60,731 nt of DNA from Acidobacteriota bacterium (GCA_027622905.1 JAQBVV010000002.1:1-60731); one strand, 5' to 3'; shown: positions 51,808 through 60,546, counted from the first letter of the stretch. Numbers and translations are program-made. The notes: generated by a model from the sequence alone, not told the origin.

Positions 51808-53732
51808 TGGCAGAGACTGGCGTGCCTCCGGGGCTGAACCCTCGCGATCAGCGTTCCGGGGAGCAGCGGACTCCGCTGACGGCTCCCGGCCGGCCGGGTG
51901 GTCCGCTCTGGTACGGGCTCGCGTTTCTGATCGCGATGGCCCTGGTGCAGGCCTGGGTCCTGACGCCCGCTGGTCGCCAGATCTCCTACAGCGAGTTCAA
52001 GGCGGCCGTTCGCGGCGGTCAGGTTGCCGAGGTCGTTGTCGGTGAGCAGACCATCCGCGGCAGCTACAGCAGCGCGATCGATGGTACCCGGACCTTCAGC
52101 ACCGCACGCATCGACGATCCACGGCTCATCGAGGAGCTCGACGGGGCAGGGGTGCGCTACACCGGCGAGTTCATGAATCGCTGGCTGCCGGAAGTCATCG
52201 GATGGGTGATTCCCCTTCTGCTGCTCTTTGCCCTGTGGAACTTTTTCCTCAAGCGCATGGGCGGTGCCGACGGCGGGATCATGTCGTTTGCGCGTAGCAA
52301 GCACAAGGTCTTTTCCGAGGACGACGTCACAGTGAGCTTCTCGGATGTGGCTGGTGTTGATGAGGCCGAGGGTGAGCTGAAGGAGATCGTCGAGTTTCTG
52401 AAGACCCCGGCGAAGTACACGGCGCTCGGGGGACGGATTCCCAAGGGCGTGCTCCTCGTCGGTCCTCCCGGGACCGGCAAGACGCTGCTGGCGCGCGCCG
52501 TGGCGGGCGAGGCGAAGGTGCCCTTCTTCAGCATGAGCGGTTCGGAGTTCGTCGAGATGTTTGTCGGCGTGGGTGCCGCGCGCGTGCGGGATCTGTTCGC
52601 CAAGGCCGAACAGAAGGCGCCGTGCATTATCTTCATCGACGAACTTGACGCGCTCGGCCGGGCGCGCGCCCAGGGGCCGATGGGATCGCACGAGGAGCGC
52701 GAGCAGACGCTCAATCAGCTGCTGTCGGAGATGGATGGTTTCGATTCCCGAAAGGCCGTCATCATCATGGCCGCGACAAATCGTCCGGAAGTGCTCGACC
52801 CTGCCCTGCTCCGTCCCGGTCGCTTCGATCGGCAGGTGCTGGTCGACAAGCCTGACGTCAAGGGGCGCGAGGCGGTCCTCCGGATTCATAGCAAGCACGT
52901 CACGCTGTCGCCGGATGTGAACCTCACGATCGTGGCGGCGCGGACGGCTGGGTTTGCGGGCGCCGATCTCGCCAACCTGGTCAATGAAGCGGCGCTCCTC
53001 GCGGCGCGTCACGACAAGGCGACGGTCGAGATGTCGGACTTCGAGGAGGCGATCGATCGACTCGTGGCCGGTCTCAAGAAGAAGCGCGTGATGAGTCAGA
53101 AGGAGCGCGAGATCGTCGCGTATCACGAATCGGGCCACGCCATCGTGGCCACGATGACGCCGGGGATGGATCCGGTGCACAAGCTCTCGATCGTGCAGCG
53201 TGGATTCGGTGCGCTGGGCTACACGATGCAGGTTCCGCTGGAAGATCGTTACCTGCTGCAACGGCAGGACCTGCTCAATCAACTTGCCGTGCTGCTGGGT
53301 GGACGTACAGCCGAGGAGATCGCCCTCGGCGAGATCTCCACGGGTGCACAGAACGATCTGATGCGCGCGACGGACATTGCACGTTCGATGGTCACCGAAT
53401 GGGGCATGAGCGATCTACTCGGTGCCATCAGCTACGACACGAGCAAGCGGAACAAGTTCCTGGATCTGCCCGGCGGTCCGGAGCGGGGTGTCTACGCCGA
53501 AGACACGGCCCGTCTGATCGACGCCGAAGTGAAGCGACTCATGACTGACGCCCATGCCGAGGCGCATCGAATCCTGTCCAGTCATCGCGACATGCTTGAG
53601 AGCGTGACCCGACGGCTTCTCGAGGTGGAAGTCATGGATGGCGCCGAGTTGCGCAAACTTCTGGACGGAGCGCGTGCCGTTCAGGAGCATGACGAGGTGG
53701 CGCCCGCGTCGCCGTCTCCAGGCGTACAGTGA
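51807..53732 (+). CDS. ftsH: ATP-dependent zinc metalloprotease FtsH
   Basis: Two N-terminal TMs, Walker [15 protein letters not shown] region, zinc motif HESGHA. The start ATG overlaps the clpB TGA. Confidence 0.95.
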
Positions 53733-54907
53733 GCGGACCGGCCTACGCTGTCGCGCGCCTGGTGGCGCCCGCAATCGCCGAGCACCTGGAACTGCATCGC
53801 GCGTCGTTGCCGCAGGTGGATGCGGCCCAGCCGCCACTTGAGGCACTGCCGGATGCCTGCACGATCGAGACGATGGTTGACGTCGCGTTCTGGGCCAGCG
53901 TCAGGCGCGAGGAAGGCTACGTACCGAAGATCTCCCTGGCGTTTCTTCGGCCGATGGATGAGATATGGCCTTTGCGTTTCGAACGGCCGTTCCCACTTGC
54001 GCCCGAGTCGCTGACGAGCCTGGCGGCTGCCGTGGAGCGGCGTGGAGTCCACCTCGGTGTGTGGCCTGGCCACGCACGGTCGAGCGGAGAGCGTGCCAGC
54101 CGGAATCCCGCCGATCTCATGATCTGGGGCACGACGCACACGGTCCCGCCGTTCTGTTTCGTCGTGGAGGTCATCGCGCCAGGGCTGCTGGTGCTGAAGC
54201 ACCGACCGCGGCACGAATCCCGCAAATTCGTGAACGTGGCGGTCCTGGAAGGCGATCAGCTCAAGATCGTCGATGAGAAGGCGGCAGGTATCGCCGATTG
54301 CCCTGCTCTCCTCGCCTCGATGCTCGGGTTCGACGCGACGATGATGAACGATGACGCGTTGAACGTCCAGGTGCAACTTGCGCTGTCGATACGTCGCCAT
54401 CAGCGTGGAGGGATTCTGCTGATCGTCCCGCCGGGCACGGACGCGTGGCGACGTTCGATCGTGCATCCGATCAAGTACGCGGTGCAGCCGCCGTTCACCG
54501 AGCTGGCCACGCTGCTGGGCCAGCATGGCGGCATGGTTGACCGCGAATGGACGGAGGCGACGGCGCGGGCGATTGACGCCATGGCGGGGTTGACGGCGGT
54601 TGACGGCGCAACCGTGGTCACCAGCACCTACGAGCTGCTGGCCTTTGGCGCGAAGATCGCTCGCGGTCGTGGAGCCGCTACCGTGGAGCACGTCATCGTC
54701 ACCGAGCCCATCGAAGGGAGCGTCCCCGAGCGCGTGCATCCGGGGCAACTCGGTGGTACGCGTCACCTCTCGGCAGCCCAGTTCGTCCACGATCAGCGCG
54801 GTGCCGTGGCGCTCGTCGCGTCACAGGACGGGCGGTTCACCATCTTCTCGTGGTCGCCGACCGACAGTGCTGTTCGCGCGCATCGTGTCGAGGTGTTGTT
54901 GCTCTGA
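53729..54907 (+). CDS. DAC (DisA_N / diadenylate-cyclase-fold) domain protein with uncharacterised N-terminal half
   Basis: C-terminal half carries GGILLIVP, VDGATVV (DGA motif) and GGTRHLSAAQF...VALVASQDGRFTIFS, collinear with the DAC motifs GALIVI / DGA / GTRHRAA / VSEE.G.IS. The GTG start overlaps the ftsH TGA (GTGA). Confidence 0.6.
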   Translation: MSGPAYAVARLVAPAIAEHLELHRASLPQVDAAQPPLEALPDACTIETMVDVAFWASVRREEGYVPKISLAFLRPMDEIWPLRFERPFPLAPESLTSLAAAVERRGVHLGVWPGHARSSGERASRNPADLMIWGTTHTVPPFCFVVEVIAPGLLVLKHRPRHESRKFVNVAVLEGDQLKIVDEKAAGIADCPALLASMLGFDATMMNDDALNVQVQLALSIRRHQRGGILLIVPPGTDAWRRSIVHPIKYAVQPPFTELATLLGQHGGMVDREWTEATARAIDAMAGLTAVDGATVVTSTYELLAFGAKIARGRGAATVEHVIVTEPIEGSVPERVHPGQLGGTRHLSAAQFVHDQRGAVALVASQDGRFTIFSWSPTDSAVRAHRVEVLLL

Positions 54908-54928
54908 CCGCCACGCTGGCTTCGCATC

Positions 54929-55750
54929 ATGGTCGCTGATACCCCTTCCCTGTCCTCGCCAAACGAGTACGATGACTTTGCGGATATTTACCAGGTCTGG
55001 ACGGACACGGCTGCGTCAGCGCAGGCCAACCTGGAGTTTTATCTGGACTTGTACCGGGAGGCCGTGGGTCCCGTGGTCGAGCTCGGCGTGGGTGACGGCC
55101 GTATCGCAGTGCCGGCGGCGTGCCGGGGTCAGGATGTCATCGGCGTCGATCTGTCACCCGCCATGCTTGAGCGCTGCCGCGCCCGAGCAATGGCCGCCGG
55201 CGTGCTCGACCGTCTCGCATTCGTGTGTGAGGATTTTCGCCGTTTTCAGCTCGACGTCCCCGCCGGCCTGATTGCCCTGCCGTACCACAGTCTCGGACAT
55301 GTGCTGTCGCTTGAGGACAAGCGGTCTGCGTTGGCGCATGTGTTCTCCCAGCTGGAGCCCGGTGGCCGCTTCGTGTTCGATGACTTCTACGTGACACCGG
55401 CTCTTGTGGATCAGATGCGGAAGGTTCAGCTCCGTGCCACCTACCGATCGTCGGGCGACATCGACACGCTGCTGTGGGTGACATCGCTGGTGGATGAGGC
55501 GTCGCAAGCGATGACTGTCGTGACCTGGGAGGACTTCCTCGACACTGATGGCGTGTTAATGCGCAGGCGGTACCGCCGGCTGCATCTCAGCTGGCTCGAT
55601 CCCTCGCAGGCGCGGAGCCTGCTCACAGAGGCCGGATTCGTCATTGACGCGTGCTACGGGGGCTTCGATCGCACCCCGTTCTCGGAGGCGACAGCCCGAG
55701 AGCAGATCTGGATCGCCAGGAGGCCTGGCGCGGATGTCACAGCTGCCTAG
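54929..55750 (+). CDS. Class I SAM-dependent methyltransferase
   Basis: Motif I VVELGVGDGRIAV, post-I DLSPAML, motif EPGGRFVF. Confidence 0.8.
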   Translation: MVADTPSLSSPNEYDDFADIYQVWTDTAASAQANLEFYLDLYREAVGPVVELGVGDGRIAVPAACRGQDVIGVDLSPAMLERCRARAMAAGVLDRLAFVCEDFRRFQLDVPAGLIALPYHSLGHVLSLEDKRSALAHVFSQLEPGGRFVFDDFYVTPALVDQMRKVQLRATYRSSGDIDTLLWVTSLVDEASQAMTVVTWEDFLDTDGVLMRRRYRRLHLSWLDPSQARSLLTEAGFVIDACYGGFDRTPFSEATAREQIWIARRPGADVTAA

Positions 55751-55956
55751 TGGCGTGTCTCGGCCAAAGGAGGACCACCTCCCGGGCGGGGCATCCCGGG
55801 GGGCGGCGTTGCTCCTCTCTCGAATACCCCCAGTATTCTCGGTCGTCGCGCCTGGCCCGCCGGCGCGGATTTCGCAGGCGTGCCACGTCCGAGCGAACTC
55901 CGCGCGAGGCGCCGCGCTCCGGGATCTGGTGCTTCTTCAGCCGAGACGCGCCACTA
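55748..55956 (+). mobile_element. E2 palindromic element (205 bp plus flanking TA)
   Basis: Arms GTGGCGTGTCTCGGC... and ...GCCGAGACGCGCCAC match 14/15, with further imperfect pairing inward. Flanked by TA/TA within CTAG. Contains the 78-nt core (55791-55868) shared with E1 and E3. No ORF. Confidence 0.75.
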
Positions 55957-56041
55957 GCAGACTCTCGATGTGCTCGCCTCGGCGGGAGTGGACCGTCTGC
56001 GGCGCCTCGGCCTCGGACGGTCTACTAGGCAAGGAGACGAC

Positions 56042-56401
56042 ATGATTGGCACGACAGGGCTGCAGGGCCTGCGGGTGGAGTGTATCGTCGGCATCTACCC
56101 GCACGAGCGTCAGATTCGGCAATCCGTAGTCATGGACATCGCACTGGACTACGACTTCGCGGCGGCGGCGGCTTCCGACGCCATTGCCGAGGCTGTTGAC
56201 TACGATGTTGTCGCTGGGGGGATCACCGAACTCGTGCAAGACCGGGCGTTCCAGTTGATTGAAACGATGGCCGAAGAGGTCGCCGAGATGCTGCTCGGCC
56301 GGTTACCGCAGGTGCGAAGGATTCAGCTGGAGGTTCGCAAGCCGGACGCCGTGCCGGCCGCGACCAGTGCTTTCGTACGCGTGGAGCGCGCACGGTCGTG
56401 A
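56042..56401 (+). CDS. folB: Dihydroneopterin aldolase
   Basis: 119 aa with RVECIVGIYPHERQIRQSVVMDIAL and later DYD..., typical of FolB. SD AAGGAG lies 6 nt upstream. Confidence 0.8.
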   Translation: MIGTTGLQGLRVECIVGIYPHERQIRQSVVMDIALDYDFAAAAASDAIAEAVDYDVVAGGITELVQDRAFQLIETMAEEVAEMLLGRLPQVRRIQLEVRKPDAVPAATSAFVRVERARS

Positions 56402-57165
56402 GTGATCGAGAACGGATGCCGTCGCGCGGTCCGCAGGGTGCAGACACCACCAATCGGGTGGCCGTGGTGACCGGCGGTGCCCGGCGCCTGGGACGGCATC
56501 TGTGCCTCGCGCTGTCCGCGCGCGGGTATGACGTCGTCATTCTGTACAGGACCTCCCGCGACGATGCGCGGTCGCTGGAGCGCGAGATCGCCGCGGCCGG
56601 GAGACGCGTTCGGTCGTTCGCGGTTGACGTTGGCGTCGAGGCGCAGGTCGCAGACGTCTTCGCTCAGATCGCGAGTGAGGGAGGGCGTGTCGACGTGCTG
56701 ATCAACAACGTTGGCAACTACAACCCGCAGCCGGTGGCCCGCCTGACACCCGCGACGTGGGATGCCACCCTGGCGACGAACCTGTCCGGCGCCTTCTACT
56801 GCTGCTTCCATGCCCTCCCCTTGATGCCGGATGGGGGCCACATCGTGAATATCGGGATGGCGGGCCTCGAGGGTATTCGCGCCAACGTGCGCGGCACCGA
56901 CTACTACGTCAGCAAGACGGGGCTACTGGTGTTGACGAGGGCGCTGGCCGTCGCCCACGCCGAGCGACGCATCCGGGTCAACATGGTGTCTCCGGGACAG
57001 CTCGACAACTCGATCGACCTTCCACCGCCTGACAGGATCGGGCACACGGTGCCTCTCGGGCGGGCCGGGACGTTGCAGGATGTGGCGCACGCCGTCGAGT
57101 ATCTGCTCGATGCCGGGTACGTGACCGGCGCCAACATCGATGTCGCCGGCGGATACCGGCTGTAG
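56398..57165 (+). CDS. SDR-family oxidoreductase (possibly pteridine/dihydromonapterin reductase-like, by context)
   Basis: Cofactor motif VTGGARRLG, NNVG, catalytic Y-x3-K (YYVSK). The GTG start overlaps the folB TGA. Confidence 0.8.
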   Translation: MSDRERMPSRGPQGADTTNRVAVVTGGARRLGRHLCLALSARGYDVVILYRTSRDDARSLEREIAAAGRRVRSFAVDVGVEAQVADVFAQIASEGGRVDVLINNVGNYNPQPVARLTPATWDATLATNLSGAFYCCFHALPLMPDGGHIVNIGMAGLEGIRANVRGTDYYVSKTGLLVLTRALAVAHAERRIRVNMVSPGQLDNSIDLPPPDRIGHTVPLGRAGTLQDVAHAVEYLLDAGYVTGANIDVAGGYRL

Positions 57166-57326
57166 TCCCCTGGAACCGTGATTCGTCACATAATTCCTGA
57201 GCGGGGCATCCCGACTGGCGGCGTTGCTCCTTCCTCGAATATGGCCAATATTCTCGGTCGTCGCGCCTTGCCATCCGGGCGCCACGCTGCAGGACTTAGG
57301 CAACACATCACGGTTCCAGGGGACTA
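57163..57326 (+). mobile_element. E3 palindromic element (160 bp plus flanking TA)
   Basis: Perfect 18-bp TIR GTCCCCTGGAACCGTGAT / ATCACGGTTCCAGGGGAC, flanked by TA/TA. Contains the shared 78-nt core (57206-57283). No ORF. Confidence 0.8.
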
Positions 57327-57330
57327 GCCC

Positions 57331-58569
57331 GTGATGGAGGCGCGTCGGCCTACGAACAGCGACGCATCCGCCCGGGATCCGGTGGTAATGACCAGTGCCT
57401 CCGCGCTCGTGCCGCTGTGGGATCGAGCCGCCGAGTGGAGGCGTCGGCTCGCGATGATCAGGGAGGCCCGCTCCTTCCTGTATCTGTCCACGTTCTATGT
57501 CGAGCACGATGCTTACGGCGTTGAGGTGCTGGCAGAACTGGTCTCGGCCCAGCGTCGTGGGGTCGCCGTCAATCTTTTGATCGACGGGTTCGGGCAGCGC
57601 CTTGGCGGCGTGCTGATGTCCAGCCAGCAACGGGTGGCGCTGGCAGGGACACTGGAAGACCTACGGCGCGCCGGTGCGGTCGTCACCGTGTACAGTCCGC
57701 AGCGGCATCTGCAGCGGTGGCTCGGTGGCGGACAGCACGTCAAGATCCAGGTGTCGGACGCCGGCGAGGCGATCTTCGGCAGCAGCAATCTGAGCAAGTC
57801 TTCATTCGAGGGCTGGAATGAGTACGCTGTTGCGGTGCGCGGCCCCGTGGCACATGCGCTCCTGAGCAGCTATCGTGACATCGGCGGCGTTGTGCATGCG
57901 TCACATCTCCATCACCTGCGGAGCGGGGTGCCTGCTGTTCCCACTGCCGAGATCGAGTCGTCCGAGGTGGCCAAGACGATGATGCTCGAGTACTGGTGCT
58001 GCAATCCGAACGCGTATCAGGGGGGCTTGGGCCCGATCGGCTGGCGTGGTCGGAACCTGGTGACCGACGGACTGATCGAGCGGATCGGTACCGCCCGGCG
58101 CTCGATCCTGATCACAAGCTTCTATTTCAAACCGGTCGAGCCACTGCTCGTGGCACTTCTCGGCGCGGCGCGCCGGGGGGTGCGCGTCGAGGTGCATCAT
58201 TCACACCGGGAAGCGCTGCCAGCCACTGATCTCGCCTGGATCGCCGCGGCCGCCTGCTATGGGCGCCTGCTGGAGGCGGGGATCTGCGTGTTCGAGAATC
58301 GGCGCGGCGAGCATTCCAAGATCGTGCTCGTCGATGACGAATGGACGGCATTTGGTAGCTATAACTTCGAACACGCGGCGCACGATCGGTTGGCCGAAGC
58401 CATGCTGGTGAGCACGGACCCAGAGGCCACGCAGCCTGCCGCTGCGATCTTTGCTGGGTTGCGGCGGCATCCCGACAACGTGCGTGTCACGGAGCAGGCG
58501 CTACGTGACCTACCCATTCGACTGAAGGCGCGCAGATGGTTCCTCGGGAGGTTCAGGCGATGGATGTGA
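57331..58569 (+). CDS. Phospholipase D-superfamily protein with two HKD motifs (ClsB-like cardiolipin synthase or phospholipase)
   Basis: HVKIQVSDAGEAIFGSSNL and HSKIVLVDDEWTAFGSYNF both fit H-x-K-x4-D-x6-GS-x-N. About 410 aa, no TM. Start is the GTG at 57331 or the ATG at 57334. Confidence 0.85.
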   Translation: MMEARRPTNSDASARDPVVMTSASALVPLWDRAAEWRRRLAMIREARSFLYLSTFYVEHDAYGVEVLAELVSAQRRGVAVNLLIDGFGQRLGGVLMSSQQRVALAGTLEDLRRAGAVVTVYSPQRHLQRWLGGGQHVKIQVSDAGEAIFGSSNLSKSSFEGWNEYAVAVRGPVAHALLSSYRDIGGVVHASHLHHLRSGVPAVPTAEIESSEVAKTMMLEYWCCNPNAYQGGLGPIGWRGRNLVTDGLIERIGTARRSILITSFYFKPVEPLLVALLGAARRGVRVEVHHSHREALPATDLAWIAAAACYGRLLEAGICVFENRRGEHSKIVLVDDEWTAFGSYNFEHAAHDRLAEAMLVSTDPEATQPAAAIFAGLRRHPDNVRVTEQALRDLPIRLKARRWFLGRFRRWM

Positions 58570-59198
58570 GCGGCCACGGGGGCGATGGAGGGCGCGGGAG
58601 GCCAGCAGCGCCGCCGGAGAATCTGCGTTTCATGGAGATCGAGCACAAGCATGTCGTGGGGGATGGCTTTGATCTCGAGCGGTTCAGGCAGGCGGTGCGT
58701 GCCCTGCAGCCGATTCGATCCGGCACGATGCGCGTCAGAGATCGCTACTACCTCACCGAGGGCGGACGTTCGCGGCGGTTTCTGTTTCGCCACCGGTACG
58801 ACACCGAGCTTCATCACCTGACGATCAAGGCGCTGGAGAGAGACACCGAGGTTCGCACCGAGGTCAACCTCGACCTGGGCCACCACGTCGGGAGCCAGGA
58901 GGAGCAGGTCGAGGCGTTCGTCGGTCAGCTTGGCGTCGTCTGGAGCGCCACGCTGCACAAGGCCCTGGAGGTCTGGTACTTCGCCGATTGTGAAGTGGTC
59001 TACTACGAAGCGTCAACCGCCGCATCCTCGGTTCGGTGCGTCGAGTTCGAGGCGACGCACAAGGACTCGTTGAACGGGGCCCTGGAGATCGTCCAGCGGT
59101 TCGAGCGCGCCACGGGCTTCGAGGGTACGTCGAGGTCGCACCGCTCCCTTCCGCAGATACTCTTCCCTGAACTGGACGCGATGTTCGCCGGGCGGTGA
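58560..59198 (+). CDS. CYTH (triphosphate tunnel metalloenzyme / CyaB-like) domain protein
   Basis: N-terminal ExExK signature in MEIEHKHVV, with alternating charged beta-strands (RVRDRYY, FRHRYD, LTIKA, TEVNLD). The start is either the ATG at 58560 (overlapping the PLD stop) or the ATG at 58632 (MEIEHK). Confidence 0.65.
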   Translation: MDVSGHGGDGGRGRPAAPPENLRFMEIEHKHVVGDGFDLERFRQAVRALQPIRSGTMRVRDRYYLTEGGRSRRFLFRHRYDTELHHLTIKALERDTEVRTEVNLDLGHHVGSQEEQVEAFVGQLGVVWSATLHKALEVWYFADCEVVYYEASTAASSVRCVEFEATHKDSLNGALEIVQRFERATGFEGTSRSHRSLPQILFPELDAMFAGR

Positions 59199-59254
59199 GT
59201 CCTGCGCGTTGAGCGCCAGCAGTGTGCTCCCGACGATCATCAGGGCGCAACGTG

Positions 59255-60448
59255 ATGGCTGTGCCGGAGCCCTGGTTCAGAGCAGTGGCTCATCTTGGTC
59301 GGGGTAGCGTATGGGCTGTGAGTGACCGAGCATGGTGGGGCGTGTCCGTTCTGGTCACGATGGCGCTGGTCGCCGCGATCGCCGTCCTGTGGCCTCGCGC
59401 GGTGGGCGACTACGTCCCGCATCCAGGGCAGTTGACCAGTCAGACTGCCGTCGAGGAGTTCCTGTCGCTGCGGCCAGCCGGACCGAGTCGGGTCCTCATT
59501 CCAACGGGCATCTTCGTGCAATCGCTGCATTTCGTCACGGCCAGCGACGTCAATATCACGGGCTACATCTGACAGAAGTACAGCAACGCCGTGCCGGAGG
59601 AGGTCACGCGCGGCTTCACGCTACCAGAACAGGTGTCCTCAGGCGATACCGTGATCGAGGAGGCGTACCGCCTTGCCTATGCGGACGGGGTGGTGATTGG
59701 CTGGTACTTCGACGTGACGGTGCGTCAGCCCTTCGACTACTCCCGCTATCCGCTGGATCGGCATGATGTGTGGCTACGCATGTGGCACGCGGATTTCGAT
59801 CGTGACGTCGTTCTCGTGCCGGATCTGGAGGCGTATGACTCGACCGAGCAGAGCGAGGCGTTTGGGCACGACCCGGACATCGTGCCTGGCGGATGGAGGA
59901 TCAATGAGACGCTCTTCGAGTACAAGGTCTTCAACTACGACACGGACTTTGGAATTCCAGGCTATGTAGGGCAGACTGGGTTTCCCGATCTCTACTTCAC
60001 TGTTGTGGTCAGTCGGGGGTTTGTCGGCGCGTTCGTGACCACGCTGGTGCCACTCCTGGTCGTGGCCGGACTCTTGTTTGCGATGCTCATGATCACGACC
60101 GCGGAGCCGACCCGCGCGGCGGCGTTCGACTTCAACACCGCCGGGGTGATTGCCACGGTGTCGGCGCTGTTCTTCGTCGTTTTGCTCCCGCACATTGAGC
60201 TACGCCAGCTGGTGACCGGCACGGAAATGGTCTATCTCGAACAGTTCTATTTCACGCTCTACCTGACCATCCTGGCGGTCACGATCAACGTCTACGTGTT
60301 CACCACGGGCGGCGCGAGTCGTCTCGTGACGTTCGTGCGATACCGGGATAACCTGATCGCGAAGGTCGCGTTCTGGCCCGTGATCCTCGCGGTGCTCGCA
60401 CTGATCACGCTGGGCTATTTCGGCGGCGATTCACCGCGTATTCAATAG
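59255..60448 (+). pseudogene. Pentameric ligand-gated ion channel (pLGIC/Cys-loop-like) homologue interrupted by in-frame TGA at 59570-59572
   Basis: N-terminal anchor, beta-rich ectodomain with ...IFVQSLHFVTASDVNITGYI[TGA]QKY... and the loop YPLDRHDVWLRMW (compare FPFD.Q of pLGICs). A pre-M1 Arg is followed by four TMs (FVGAFVTTLVPLLVVAGLLF, AGVIATVSALFFVVLL, FYFTLYLTILAVTINVYVF, VAFWPVILAVLALITLGYF). The two tracked ORFs are in the same frame. Confidence 0.5.
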
Positions 60449-60487
60449 AGCGTTTTTCGATCTGGTGTAGACCGGAAAACGCGGGAA

Positions 60488-60546
60488 AGCGCTTTTCGAG
60501 AAGGCCTGGCCCCTGCGAGAAGCCCCAGACCGAAACGAAAAGCGCT
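60488..60546. repeat. Long imperfect hairpin downstream of the channel gene
   Basis: AGCGCTTTTCG (60488-60498) is perfectly complementary to CGAAAAGCGCT (60536-60546), with partially pairing sequence between them. Confidence 0.4.

Noticed and set aside
59570-59572. TGA in the channel gene as selenocysteine or Trp recoding.
   Set aside because: No SECIS-like hairpin immediately downstream, and no redox context for Sec. A GC-rich free-living-type genome is not expected to use code 4. A TGG-to-TGA mutation or base-call error is simpler.
60451-60487. Hairpin GCGTTTT...AAAACGC right after the channel gene, as a classic rho-independent terminator.
   Set aside because: The stem is short (7 bp) with an 18-nt partly structured loop, and no U-tract follows. 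It is reported only in the context of the larger hairpin at 60488-60546.
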